Virus record (IMG/VR): IMGVR_UViG_3300030419_007436
Coordinates: 32,001 to 96,000 of that record
DNA length: 64,000 nt
From: a virus
Strand: one strand, 5' to 3'
Shown one piece after another: positions 39,900-50,140 of this stretch. The translations under genes and the position numbers were made by a program. Under the pieces are notes generated by a model, which did no database searches, was not told the origin of the DNA, and was given only the letters and a program-made list of their open reading frames with translations. The stretch's first letter is position 1. Each line of letters begins with the position of its first letter.

Positions 39900-41030
39900 C
39901 TAAATAGTTTTCTTTTTTCCTACAGTAACCTTAAAACTTTTAAAACTTTTGTTTAAAGACTGATAAAAATATTTAGACCAGCTTTCAAACAAAAGTGGAT
40001 CCTTTTTGTTCTCATACATTGTTGGAATATGATGCTGTCTTGAAACATCTTTGCCGGTTATATTTCCTATGTATTTTTTTCTAAAAGCTGCTGAAGGATT
40101 TTTCTCGACACCCTTTGTGCTTTTTGAATAATCATTTGGCACAACATGCTCAGAACCATCTGGCATTTTTACCTTAAGATCATCTTTTATATTAATTTTT
40201 TTAGCTACTAATTCAACCCAGGAATCCCACAATTTTCGGGAGATATCATCAGCGCCCGTTTCCTTTGCGATTTGTCTTAAAAATTCTACATATTTTTGTG
40301 CTAGTTCGACTCCACCAGAAGTAAGTTTTATTATATTACTATCAAACTCACCAGCTTGAATAACTTTTTTACCAGATGCCGTAACTGATGGAGTTTTAAA
40401 TCCTTTATCTCCCGGGGTTAATATATTAAATTCTTGCGAAATACCTTTATAAATATTTAAATTAATTGAATCAATACAGCCTAAACGACCAATAATTAGT
40501 TGGGTGGCAAAAGCAGCTTTAGGTAAACCAAATCCTGGTAGTGTTATTGTTTGTAGATAAATATTAAATAAGGCCTCTTCTTTTCTTAAACCATTAGAAT
40601 TATTATACTCATCAAATAGAGGGCTGAAGCTGGAATATATGCTTTCTCTATTTTTCCACAAAAAATCAATTGCATGTTTCCTTGGTCCCATAACCAATTG
40701 TCCAAAGCCAGAAAAATCATATCTTGGTTTGTCTTCACCAGGATTCAATAAGTTTCTATCAGTCATTAATCCATCATTTTCATGAACAAAATTTAGTAAT
40801 ATTGGAAACTTTGGTACCACATCATACCATCTCATTTGTTGTGTGCCGATTACAAACATCAATACATCAGCTAATTGATCTGGAGAGTATTGTGCGTATT
40901 CATTTATAAGGGGATTGTATTTGCAAAAGCCAGAATCAAACTCTTTTGATAAATCTAATACAGCATCCTCAGAAGCTTCTTCTTCAGCTTCTTTAATATA
41001 CTCTCGCCAATTTTCAAATAGTAATTTCAT
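39900..41030 (-). CDS. Class-B leader protein, HhH-GPD glycosylase/endonuclease III-like
   Basis: MKLLFENWREYIKE (TAATG overlap at 41030); LPGFGLPKAAF...GCIDSINL. Confidence 0.6.
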   Translation of the reverse strand: MKLLFENWREYIKEAEEEASEDAVLDLSKEFDSGFCKYNPLINEYAQYSPDQLADVLMFVIGTQQMRWYDVVPKFPILLNFVHENDGLMTDRNLLNPGEDKPRYDFSGFGQLVMGPRKHAIDFLWKNRESIYSSFSPLFDEYNNSNGLRKEEALFNIYLQTITLPGFGLPKAAFATQLIIGRLGCIDSINLNIYKGISQEFNILTPGDKGFKTPSVTASGKKVIQAGEFDSNIIKLTSGGVELAQKYVEFLRQIAKETGADDISRKLWDSWVELVAKKINIKDDLKVKMPDGSEHVVPNDYSKSTKGVEKNPSAAFRKKYIGNITGKDVSRQHHIPTMYENKKDPLLFESWSKYFYQSLNKSFKSFKVTVGKKKTI

Positions 41031-42388
41031 TATTGTCCGTATCCTGTTGGTGGCTTGAACCACGTTGGTGTTCCTGAAGCGAAAGCGGCGCCACCATCAT
41101 CGCCATGTGAATCATTAGTTAATAATCCGTGATTACCATTTCCTGATAAGTCTTCAACACTAGTCCCAGAGCCTTCATTAAATCTCCAATATCCTACAAG
41201 GCCGCTTTCGCCTGTATGGTTATAACTAGTTGCACCATCATATACACTCGCAATCCAAGTAGCATTTTTTTCTTCATTATAAATAGCTACTTCATCAAGA
41301 CCACAAGCCCATCCGTTATTATAACTAGTAGATGTTCCTGAACCTCTTACTGCGCGCATACCAAAAGATAAACCCTTACTCATTTCTGTACCTGTCTGGC
41401 TCCAATTTATATTACCCTTATATGTTGGATCTGACACTCCAGTACCCCATATTTGTTGTCCATTCATATATATTTTACGCAACATATTGTTTATTCCCGC
41501 ATCAGTACCTGCATATGTTACTGCAAAATGATACCATTTACCAATTGTTAATATCCAATCATCACCATCCTGTGTTAAATGTGTAGATTTATCTATCCCT
41601 GCTGTATCAAGCATTAATTCCCAACTTCTTTCAGATTGATTTGCTCCTACACCAAAATATCCTTTGGTATTTCTACTAATACCAAATGTAAATCTTTCGT
41701 TATTGTGAGCTTTTCTTCCAATTGCAAACATATCAGAGCCTAGTTCATCTGGTCTAACCCAATAAGATATAGTAAATCCTTTTGATGCGAGACTAAAATC
41801 ATCAGGATTAAAATCAGTTGCTACCAAATCTCCCCTCCTGGTGGCGACATTTGTATCGCCAGTAAATGACAATGCATAATTAACTGCTGCTTGTGGGATT
41901 CTTTTCTTGCGCCCGCCGGTCCTCTTGCGCCGTTTTGCCATCAAGTTGTCGCGCTTAAATATTTCCATTGCTCGATTAAAATCTAAATCAGCTAGTCTTT
42001 GGTTAACGGGATTGGATAACCAATTAGCCCAATCAAGCTCTTGAAGAGGGGGTTCACGATTTTGAATTATAATCCTTATTTCTTCAAGCTTATTATTCTC
42101 TCGTTGGATCCGGTCATCTTTTATTTTAGCTAATAAAATGTCAATCTGTTTGTCCCATCTTTCTTCTTCTAGTTTTTCTTTTCTTTGAATATTTTCTTGA
42201 CGAAAGCGCTCATCTTCCTGTTGTTCTAAAAGGAGATCTACACGTGCTGCAATTTCTTCTTGCTCGCGAATCAGCGCTTCCATTTTAGCAATTCGCTCTG
42301 CTTCTTTTTTAGCTTCTAATTCGGCCTCACGCTGCCTTTTTTTTTCCAACTGTTTTTGTTTATATATAATATATTTCTTGTTTAACAT
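41030..42388 (-). CDS. Coiled-coil plus LamG/concanavalin-A-like lectin domain; probable virion/adhesion protein
   Basis: FTISYWVRP, WYHFAVTY, IYMNG, LDEVAIYN, LVGYWRFNEGSG. Confidence 0.82.
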   Translation of the reverse strand: MLNKKYIIYKQKQLEKKRQREAELEAKKEAERIAKMEALIREQEEIAARVDLLLEQQEDERFRQENIQRKEKLEEERWDKQIDILLAKIKDDRIQRENNKLEEIRIIIQNREPPLQELDWANWLSNPVNQRLADLDFNRAMEIFKRDNLMAKRRKRTGGRKKRIPQAAVNYALSFTGDTNVATRRGDLVATDFNPDDFSLASKGFTISYWVRPDELGSDMFAIGRKAHNNERFTFGISRNTKGYFGVGANQSERSWELMLDTAGIDKSTHLTQDGDDWILTIGKWYHFAVTYAGTDAGINNMLRKIYMNGQQIWGTGVSDPTYKGNINWSQTGTEMSKGLSFGMRAVRGSGTSTSYNNGWACGLDEVAIYNEEKNATWIASVYDGATSYNHTGESGLVGYWRFNEGSGTSVEDLSGNGNHGLLTNDSHGDDGGAAFASGTPTWFKPPTGYGQ

Positions 42389-42421
42389 TTGTGTCCCTTA
42401 GTGAGAAATTTTCGCCAATTT

Positions 42422-42952
42422 TCAAACGTTTTTTTCATACATTAATTCCCCTGATTCTTCTGCCTTTTGATTTCTTTCTTTTTCGTAAGCATTCCGCAAT
42501 TTTCCAAAAATACCGTAAGGATCGGAAGGGATTGCTTCGAGACCAGCTTCTTCGGCGTCTAAAATATCTTCTGGATCATCGTCATGGTGCATCGACGAGT
42601 TTAAATTTTTAAGAGTTTCAATTTTAGCGTTGCCATTGGTAAAATATACCCCATCTACATTTAATCCATGTTCATCGAGAAACTCTTGCACAGCGCGCTG
42701 CTCTTCATTTTCTAAGGATTGGGCCTCTCTGTCTTCATATCTGGAAGTCACAACATATACTACAACATCTGGTTCCCTAATAAATTCTTTAATTCTTTTC
42801 ATCATTGGCTCATAAGGGCCCGCGTGTTTCCATGTACCGGTTTCATCATTAAAATCTGATTTCGCCAAGGTATCATCAAAATCAAACGTAACAACTTTTT
42901 TTTCTTCTTGTTCGTTTAAATACTTTCGCCAATTTTCAAATAGGAGTTTCAT
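42422..42952 (-). CDS. Class-B leader protein, HAD phosphatase
   Basis: MKLLFENWRKYLNE; FDFDDTL, VVTSR, HHDDD. Confidence 0.8.
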   Translation of the reverse strand: MKLLFENWRKYLNEQEEKKVVTFDFDDTLAKSDFNDETGTWKHAGPYEPMMKRIKEFIREPDVVVYVVTSRYEDREAQSLENEEQRAVQEFLDEHGLNVDGVYFTNGNAKIETLKNLNSSMHHDDDPEDILDAEEAGLEAIPSDPYGIFGKLRNAYEKERNQKAEESGELMYEKNV

Positions 42953-42955
42953 AAA

Positions 42956-44791
42956 TTAATCCTCTTTTAAAAAGCCGCGCCAATTTTCAAATAGACAATT
43001 TAAATTATTATTTTTTTCTATACCCTCGTTCTGCGCAACTTCAATTTCTTCCTCTCCTTTATCAAACATTGCTTTCGCATATGCTTCAAGATTTTCATCA
43101 GAAAGTTCGTCGACAGCACCAGAAAATGATTTTGTAAAGTCTTCGTCACTCAAATCAGACCCTTTAATGCCTTTTGTTGCTTTTGTTAATTCTTTTCCAG
43201 GTTCATATTTTTTATCTAAAGGAACAATATCAAATTGCTTTATGCCAAAGACATTGGCTAAAAATTTTCTTTTCGCGTCCGTGGTTCCCCTTTTACTTTT
43301 TATAAATCTTTGCAAATCTTCTTTTGTTACTTTACCATCCGGGCCCGTCAATTCATTAAACATTTCTCTGTAAGCTTTTTTCCGGGCTTTTGACGCATAG
43401 TGTACACCGCTCTTGCACCCTCTAAATTTTCTTGTTCTTTCAAAAACGGATGTATAGGGTATACCATATTCTTTGGCGCCTGCTTGTAGCGCTACGTCTG
43501 CATAACCACGGTTTTTACTATATTTCGTACATTTACCACCAAAGGGAATTCCATAAAATATAATTTCGGTACCACCGTCTTGAAGTTCTTTTAATCTTTT
43601 CATTAATTTTTTTACTTCTTTAATTTTTGATCCCGTTGGATATATCCATTGTTCCTCTGTATTCGTTGCCTGCACATTGTTTCCTCCGGCTGAGCCTATA
43701 AAAACAACCTTTGCACCATCAGCTTTTTTAAGAGAATTTCTTATCCTTCCCAATGTGTATCCAATTTTAGACACATTAATAATTCTATTATCTTCACCAT
43801 ACTTTTTTAATAAAGAAGCTCCATGTCTCTTCCAATGACCGTATGTATTCGAGTCTCCGGCAATATATATTCTTGGCCAACTTTTCTGCTGTTTTTCTAT
43901 CTCTGTTTCAGCATAATCATCCCCGACTGCTTTTCCTCGGTATCTGTTCTGTACATATTTTGGGCACCATGGAGCATTAGGCACCTTTCCAGAAAATGTT
44001 CCGTATTCATCACATATTCTATTTCTCCAGCCAGTACGATATCGTTTGCTATATGCTACGCTACTTTTACATTTTTTTATTTTCTCTGCATCCGTTTTAA
44101 TTTTTCGGTACTTCTTATGATTTCTGTATTTATCAATATTATTTTCACACCAATTTGGATCTTCATATTTTTTTGTAAAGGCCCAGTTACCAGCATTCAT
44201 CATAACTTTATTGGCTTGGCTAATTTTTCCTTTATTAATTAATCTAACGAGCCTATTTGCAGTAACACTTCCGGGCCCCGCATTGAACATTCTAGATACA
44301 ATAGCCATAAACTGACCTTTTGTTGGCGCCACCGTGAACTTTCTCACCAAACCATATATTACTGCCATGGCATCATACATCTTTAATTCAATGGCTTCTT
44401 CTTTGGTAATTTTTTGTCCGCCATCTTTCCAATATGGCGCCCACCATTCTCCCATTTTTCCACCGGCAAGGTGCGATTTAAGAACGTGCCCATATCCAAT
44501 TGTTGCTTGCCCTACATGCCGCCCATTTACATAAAAACGATACCAACCATCTTTTCCAGGTCTTCTGTTTCCTTTGCTTTGCCACTTTTTAGGAGAGTGT
44601 TCACTATATACCCCCCTATAAAGGCCTTCCCATCGTGTAATTAAATCCACATCCCTTACACTAATATTTTTAACTAAATTAGTAAGCGCCTCCCTAACTT
44701 CTTCAGAGGCATTTTTATTAAATTGCAAACCTTTTTCAACTCTGCTGAGATGTCTATTTTTATAATAATCTAAAATTTTATCAATTGACAT
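42956..44791 (-). CDS. GH24 lysozyme plus SGNH esterase fusion with a C-terminal leader-like motif
   Basis: ITRWEGL, ATIGYGH, ITKEEA, AIVSRMFNAG; IAGDSNT, GGNN, GVHY; ends LFENWRGFLKED. Confidence 0.75.
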   Translation of the reverse strand: MSIDKILDYYKNRHLSRVEKGLQFNKNASEEVREALTNLVKNISVRDVDLITRWEGLYRGVYSEHSPKKWQSKGNRRPGKDGWYRFYVNGRHVGQATIGYGHVLKSHLAGGKMGEWWAPYWKDGGQKITKEEAIELKMYDAMAVIYGLVRKFTVAPTKGQFMAIVSRMFNAGPGSVTANRLVRLINKGKISQANKVMMNAGNWAFTKKYEDPNWCENNIDKYRNHKKYRKIKTDAEKIKKCKSSVAYSKRYRTGWRNRICDEYGTFSGKVPNAPWCPKYVQNRYRGKAVGDDYAETEIEKQQKSWPRIYIAGDSNTYGHWKRHGASLLKKYGEDNRIINVSKIGYTLGRIRNSLKKADGAKVVFIGSAGGNNVQATNTEEQWIYPTGSKIKEVKKLMKRLKELQDGGTEIIFYGIPFGGKCTKYSKNRGYADVALQAGAKEYGIPYTSVFERTRKFRGCKSGVHYASKARKKAYREMFNELTGPDGKVTKEDLQRFIKSKRGTTDAKRKFLANVFGIKQFDIVPLDKKYEPGKELTKATKGIKGSDLSDEDFTKSFSGAVDELSDENLEAYAKAMFDKGEEEIEVAQNEGIEKNNNLNCLFENWRGFLKED

Positions 44792-44996
44792 TGTTTAAAC
44801 CTTTTAATTTTTTATTCATTCTAATTAATTTCTTATCTAATAAATCGAGCCTTTTCTGTTGTATTCTATTTTCACTTTCAAGAGCCTCTATTTTCAAAGT
44901 AAGAGAATTAAGATCACTTATAGTTGTATAATAGAAACCCGATACAGTGAACAATAAAGTACCTATCATTATTGCTGTTTTTAAATCAAGCTTCAA
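44781..44996 (-). CDS. Single-TM coiled-coil protein (i-spanin-like topology)
   Basis: N-terminal TM helix then heptad-rich region; directly upstream of the lysozyme gene. Confidence 0.5.
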   Translation of the reverse strand: MKLDLKTAIMIGTLLFTVSGFYYTTISDLNSLTLKIEALESENRIQQKRLDLLDKKLIRMNKKLKGLNNVN

Positions 44997-44997
44997 C

Positions 44998-45453
44998 TTA
45001 TTGTCCTCTTTTCCACTTTAAAAAATTAATTAATCTCTGACAAGTATCGATCTTATCTTTTATTTTTTTTTCTAAACCAAACTGTGTGACTATTTGATAG
45101 TCTTGAAAATTATCTAATTTTGCCCTTTCTAATCTTATCTCAGCTTCAGATAATCTAGTGAGAGCTTGCATAAACTCTAAGCTAGCCGACAAATATAATT
45201 TTTTTTCAATTAATTTTTTTCCTTCTTTGATAAAATTATCAGAATCATGATAAAGGGCGACAGCACACTCTGCTTCTGATTTATCTTTGCAATCTAATTG
45301 TGGATTACAATCATCTTGAAAAATTATTTTTACAGGACCATCTTCATATTGTGAAGTAACAAGTACTTTGGCGTTCGGATCTTTGACATATTGTGGCCCA
45401 CAGCTTACAATTAAAAACAATAAAACAGAAATATATAAAAAAATGTTTCTCAT
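44998..45453 (-). CDS. Putative lipoprotein
   Basis: Lipobox LIVSC. Confidence 0.7.
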   Translation of the reverse strand: MRNIFLYISVLLFLIVSCGPQYVKDPNAKVLVTSQYEDGPVKIIFQDDCNPQLDCKDKSEAECAVALYHDSDNFIKEGKKLIEKKLYLSASLEFMQALTRLSEAEIRLERAKLDNFQDYQIVTQFGLEKKIKDKIDTCQRLINFLKWKRGQ

Positions 45454-45457
45454 ACTA

Positions 45458-45784
45458 TTAATTAGTTATAAAAACGTGATATGCAATATTACAATGTAAT
45501 ATAAAAACATATGAATACAACATTATAATGGGAATTATTAATATTTGTGTTAATACCCTTTTTCTAACTGACCACAAATATAATATAGCAAAATTAACAA
45601 AAAATAATTTTATATACACGAATAACGTGGGGCTTAAATCTAACCAGTGTTGCATAAGAGGATTTCTCTCGTAGGCAAATCCCTCTGTTATCCAATAAAG
45701 TGTTGCACCGGTGTCTACAATGTTTAATAAAAATAAAATTATGAGTAAAATTTTTAAAATTTTCTCACTTATTATTTGTTTCAT
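45458..45784 (-). CDS. Three-TM membrane protein (DUF5658-like)
   Basis: LNIVDTGATL...ERNPLM...IKL. Confidence 0.65.
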   Translation of the reverse strand: MKQIISEKILKILLIILFLLNIVDTGATLYWITEGFAYERNPLMQHWLDLSPTLFVYIKLFFVNFAILYLWSVRKRVLTQILIIPIIMLYSYVFILHCNIAYHVFITN

Positions 45785-46191
45785 GGTTTTGGCGCTTTTG
45801 TATAAGTTATAGTATAATAGAACGTTAACCAGCCTTCAGAAACTTCCTCTTTTATTTTAGCATTAGAGTATAATCCTTTTGGATCTACGCGTTTTAGATA
45901 TTCAATATAATGTAGAGTTAATAACTCCATAGAAGGTCTACGAATTTTTTCTATTTCTGTATTTTCGTCTGTTGCAACGACTAAGAGCATTTTAACATCT
46001 AAACAGTTGTCAAATCTAACAACTACTGCGGGTCGACCTAAAACACCAACATTCCAACTTTCAGCCGGTTTACAATTATTCTTTACGTTTTGAATTGTTA
46101 TATTAGCATATGGATCTAAGTGTTCATTTTGAGTGGTGGCACAAGAAACCATAAAAGTCGCCACCATAAAAAGCATCATTAATTTTTTCAT
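45781..46191 (-). CDS. Putative lipoprotein
   Basis: Lipobox FMVSC. Confidence 0.7.
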   Translation of the reverse strand: MKKLMMLFMVATFMVSCATTQNEHLDPYANITIQNVKNNCKPAESWNVGVLGRPAVVVRFDNCLDVKMLLVVATDENTEIEKIRRPSMELLTLHYIEYLKRVDPKGLYSNAKIKEEVSEGWLTFYYTITYTKAPKP

Positions 46192-46203
46192 TTTTTACCT
46201 CTT

Positions 46204-48330
46204 TTAGTTTGTTTTTTTAATTTTATTACCACAAGCAGTTTCGTCTAAAATTTCTAGAAGACTATTATACATCTCAATCGCCTTCATTGTTAAGGGATAA
46301 ACCTTACCGCCCATACCAGCAGCTGCTAATGCTTCATAATTATCTGCCGAACCAAAATCTAATAAAAGCTCGTGTGTAAAGGCGTAGAAAGATAATTCAT
46401 CAGCTGCATTAATCATATTGACTAGCGTAGCCTCAGTGATCTCAGGTATAAGATATGATTGTCCAGCTTCATCAGAAAAAACGATTACCACGTGTTTTGC
46501 GTCCTCTCGCCAACTAATATCCCATTTTTCTTTAGGTGGGTTTGATTCTGATACCCATGTTCCCATCCACTGCAAATCTGCAAGGGGATATGGAAGGCCG
46601 TTGGCGCCAATTAAATTATGAATTGCAAGATAAATGGCGTCATAGTTTTGCTCACTACCACCGTTTAATGAAAAGCCGGAGTTTTGGAATATTTGCATAA
46701 ATGTATCAAAATCAACTAAGTCGGTCTGAAGCACTACATTTTCTTTCCACGCGACTGGATCATAAGAGGCAGTAAATACAAGGCCCCACTTAACTACGTC
46801 CGAATCACTATAGTGAGTCGCAAATTTATTAAGAGCAGTCATGACAGCGTTAATTTCCTCTACCATCGACCCTGAAAGATCCACAATAAATAATATATCT
46901 GTTGGTTCAAGTTGTTTATCTTCATCGATCATACCATCACAATTAGTATCAGTGCCGTTGCATAAATCTTCTAGCTCTGGTGTTATTTCACCCAAGCATA
47001 GTTTTTTAACAAACTGATTGTTGTCGTCGTAATTGCCCCACGTTCCCGCTATGCAAGTCATTTCGCCGGGAACACAGATACCAACATGCATTGTTTGTGG
47101 AGGTCCGCTATAACAGCCTGCAAAGAGATTTTCATCAATTAATTGGTTACAGTTATCATCATGGTTATTACACTCTTCTGGTTTTATCTCACCTAGGTAT
47201 TTATCACATGTTGCTCCCGGGGATAAAGTTTGTGGAAGCCAATGACAAGCGGCTAAACATTCACTTAATTGTAGTTCAGCACATGTTGGGTCTGTAGGGT
47301 CTGCACACTCACATGTTTTATAACCTGCGCCGCAAACTAATGGACTTTCTTGACATTTAAATAAAGTACCAATATCTTGTTTTGTACAAAGGCAATCTAA
47401 GCCTTCATCAGCTTTTCCATCACAATCATCATCTAAACCATTGCAGATTTCTTCTTTAGGTTGCTTTGCCGTACAAATCCATTGACCACCAACACAATAT
47501 TGTAGATTTTCTTCACAGTCTGTAGAACATTTGTCTATTAAATCTTCATCAATTAGGCCGTTACAATCATTATCAATCCCATCGCATATTTCATCATCGA
47601 CGGGCCCGCACTTGCCGCATGCGTTTAGCTGTCCTTCATCAGTTTCACCATCGCAGTCATTATCAATGCCGTCACAAACTTCTTCAGGTTCTTTTCCACA
47701 ACCACCACATGCATTTGCAACACCATTATCAATTACACCATCACAATCGTTATCTATAAAGTCACAAACTTCCTCTGGGACGTCTCCACACTGCCCACAA
47801 GCGTTAATAACGCCTTCATCGATCTCTCCATCACAATCGTTGTCTATAAGGTCACAGACCTCCTCTGAGCAGTCTGATTTGCAGTTTGTATATTGTATCT
47901 GTCCTTTATTACAGAGCTTATCTTTTGTCCCGGGATATCCTTCTTCTGTTGTGCATGGAATATTAGCCTCTAGAACTGGCTGTGATGGATTACACTCTAA
48001 ATGTGCTTCACATTCACCTTCAAAAACTATAGTTGGGGGGCTATTACAATTGTTGATGCAGATCTGCTTTTGCCAAACAACGTCTAAGTTGCCGCAAAAG
48101 TACCACGCGCACTCAACACAGGGATCTGTATATATTGAATATGTATCTTGTTCTATATCTTCTTCTATATCTTCTTCTACGTCTGGCTCACTAACATCTT
48201 CAATTTCTGGATATGTATATACGTGTTCATTGTTTCCATTTCCGCCCTGTTGATTATTGCTGCATGAAACTATAAAGAGTAAAGCAAATATAATAACAAG
48301 GCATATATAAATTAGTCTTTTGAAGGACAC
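46204..48330 (-). CDS. Lipoprotein with seven Cys/Asp-rich MopE-type repeats and a C-terminal vWA domain
   Basis: FIVSC lipobox; C(D/N)xxD(N/D)(D/N)C(D/N)xxxDE-type repeats; DILFIVDLSGSM (MIDAS DxSxS). Confidence 0.85.
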   Translation of the reverse strand: MSFKRLIYICLVIIFALLFIVSCSNNQQGGNGNNEHVYTYPEIEDVSEPDVEEDIEEDIEQDTYSIYTDPCVECAWYFCGNLDVVWQKQICINNCNSPPTIVFEGECEAHLECNPSQPVLEANIPCTTEEGYPGTKDKLCNKGQIQYTNCKSDCSEEVCDLIDNDCDGEIDEGVINACGQCGDVPEEVCDFIDNDCDGVIDNGVANACGGCGKEPEEVCDGIDNDCDGETDEGQLNACGKCGPVDDEICDGIDNDCNGLIDEDLIDKCSTDCEENLQYCVGGQWICTAKQPKEEICNGLDDDCDGKADEGLDCLCTKQDIGTLFKCQESPLVCGAGYKTCECADPTDPTCAELQLSECLAACHWLPQTLSPGATCDKYLGEIKPEECNNHDDNCNQLIDENLFAGCYSGPPQTMHVGICVPGEMTCIAGTWGNYDDNNQFVKKLCLGEITPELEDLCNGTDTNCDGMIDEDKQLEPTDILFIVDLSGSMVEEINAVMTALNKFATHYSDSDVVKWGLVFTASYDPVAWKENVVLQTDLVDFDTFMQIFQNSGFSLNGGSEQNYDAIYLAIHNLIGANGLPYPLADLQWMGTWVSESNPPKEKWDISWREDAKHVVIVFSDEAGQSYLIPEITEATLVNMINAADELSFYAFTHELLLDFGSADNYEALAAAGMGGKVYPLTMKAIEMYNSLLEILDETACGNKIKKTN

Positions 48331-48389
48331 ATCCTATACCTCACATTATAACTATGTTTAGGATACAATAAAAAACGTTTGTTTTAAAA

Positions 48390-48740
48390 TTATTTCTGAG
48401 ATATATCAACTGGAGGAGAAGAAAATTGTACACCCAATATCCTATCTCCTGATTCATCTTTCAATGTCGACAGTTGTTTTTTAAGAAATATGCCGTAATT
48501 TACCATTCCAGTTTCATTGACAATACATTTTATTTCTAGTACTGCTGCTTTTTGCGAGTTTGATATATTTCTTTGCTGTTCTTTGGTTTTTACGATTGTA
48601 ACACCAGGGATTGCACGAATTTTCTCAAAGATATCTGCATAAAGGTTTGCGTCCTTTTCTAAACGAACTAATACGTTAAATTCCCATCTATTTTTAATTT
48701 CTTTTAGATAGTTACGAAAATTTTCAAGAATTAGTTTCAT
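48390..48740 (-). CDS. Class-B leader protein, possible ferredoxin-like (ACT/AsnC-like) fold
   Basis: MKLILENFRNYLKE; IRAIPGVTIV. Confidence 0.6.
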   Translation of the reverse strand: MKLILENFRNYLKEIKNRWEFNVLVRLEKDANLYADIFEKIRAIPGVTIVKTKEQQRNISNSQKAAVLEIKCIVNETGMVNYGIFLKKQLSTLKDESGDRILGVQFSSPPVDISQK

Positions 48741-48748
48741 TGTTTTTG

Positions 48749-49735
48749 TTAATCTTGCCCAATTGGCGGGTACCCTCTGGGGAGCCCAAGTTTTCTTCTT
48801 GTACTCTTGCCCGCATTGGTGATAATCCAGTTTTTATGATATCTTATTACCCCGTCACCCACCAATTTCTTAAACTTTTCTAATTTATCCTCACCGAGTG
48901 ACCGAACCAAGTCGACTGAGGGATCCGGATCTTGCGCAATTGTCTGCATATATACTATGTCTGGGTCTCTCGTTTTTTTGGCCAATTTATTAACTTTGTC
49001 TAAATGTACCTGAGTATAATGCGCGCCAGAGCGCCACTCTGTCCTTCTCTTTGGCTTAACTTGCTTAACTTTTACTTTTATTTTTCGTTTTTTCCACTTT
49101 CTATATTTTGAATAATGATCTTTTAAACTCGGATATAAAATTTCACATGCTCTATCAGTTTTTTCACTGGGCGCGCCCCCATCGCCTTTTCGTGGTTTAT
49201 AATGTTCACTATCTGGGCATCTTCTAGCATTTCTTCTTTTGAAAAAGTCTTCTTTTTTACCATCCCACTCCCATTTTCGTTTTTTATTAAGCCATCTTGT
49301 CGACATTCCTAAGAAACGCTTCGGCATTGGCGATCCAAGGGCCCAAATTTCTTCAGTTACATCTCCTGGCTTGACATCGCCCATGAGATTCCACCCTCTA
49401 TCTTTATATGAAACGCATTCTCGCTCCCAGAATCCTTCAGGAGTTTGTTTTGTTTGACCTTGTTTACACGTACCTTCTTTAAAATCAAAATGTAATACGC
49501 CTGGCGATGTCCACGGATGACAGTCTGTGTCTTCTTCTGGGTTATATGTACCCGGCAAAGGTTGATATCCATCTCTACATTTAAAAGGTTCTTCTTCTGT
49601 GGTTGTCTCATCACTCCCGGCCGCTTGATGTGCGATTTGTAGTGCTCTCGGGAACCCGAAGGCGCCCCATTCTTCTAAAGTACCTCTTAATTCTTCTCTA
49701 ATTATCTCTTTTATTCTTTTTTTAGTGACATGCAT
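48749..49735 (-). CDS. Class-A leader protein with Cys-containing and basic cargo
   Basis: MHVTKKRIKEIIREEL; RBS AAGGAG. Confidence 0.7.
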   Translation of the reverse strand: MHVTKKRIKEIIREELRGTLEEWGAFGFPRALQIAHQAAGSDETTTEEEPFKCRDGYQPLPGTYNPEEDTDCHPWTSPGVLHFDFKEGTCKQGQTKQTPEGFWERECVSYKDRGWNLMGDVKPGDVTEEIWALGSPMPKRFLGMSTRWLNKKRKWEWDGKKEDFFKRRNARRCPDSEHYKPRKGDGGAPSEKTDRACEILYPSLKDHYSKYRKWKKRKIKVKVKQVKPKRRTEWRSGAHYTQVHLDKVNKLAKKTRDPDIVYMQTIAQDPDPSVDLVRSLGEDKLEKFKKLVGDGVIRYHKNWIITNAGKSTRRKLGLPRGYPPIGQD

Positions 49736-49912
49736 GCTCGCACTCCTTGAAAATGGTGATATATCTTAAATAATTAGTCAAAAAATACTCTTATTACTAT
49801 TAATATTCCATTTTTTTGTACACCAATATAGCCTAAAAAGGCATAAAAAACAGTAAAATATTACCATTTTAAGGGTATTTGGGGGTTATTTTAGGGGTAA
49901 AATAGCTTGTTT

Positions 49913-50095
49913 TTAGATGTCTAGGACGATAATTTCGCTATTTTCTTCGGTTTTTTGCTCATTTTCTGGTAAAATTGTCATTTCTGGGGCTGGAATTTGT
50001 AAAAAAGGCCTCTCGTCAAGCGTTTTTTGCTTGTTTTTCTCCATTTTTATCAAAAAATCAATCATTTCCGGTGAAAAATCGGTTAAAAATGGCAT
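49913..50095 (-). CDS. Small hypothetical protein within the phased A-tract region
   Basis: RBS GGAGG; RPFLQIPAP. Confidence 0.6.
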   Translation of the reverse strand: MPFLTDFSPEMIDFLIKMEKNKQKTLDERPFLQIPAPEMTILPENEQKTEENSEIIVLDI

Positions 50096-50140
50096 TTTTA
50101 GGCCTCCTATCTATAATAAATAGTTTTAAAAGGCCCTAAA

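Noticed and set aside
45458-45784. MKQIISE as another leader
   Set aside because: It runs directly into a transmembrane helix of an integral membrane protein and lacks the rest of the pattern.
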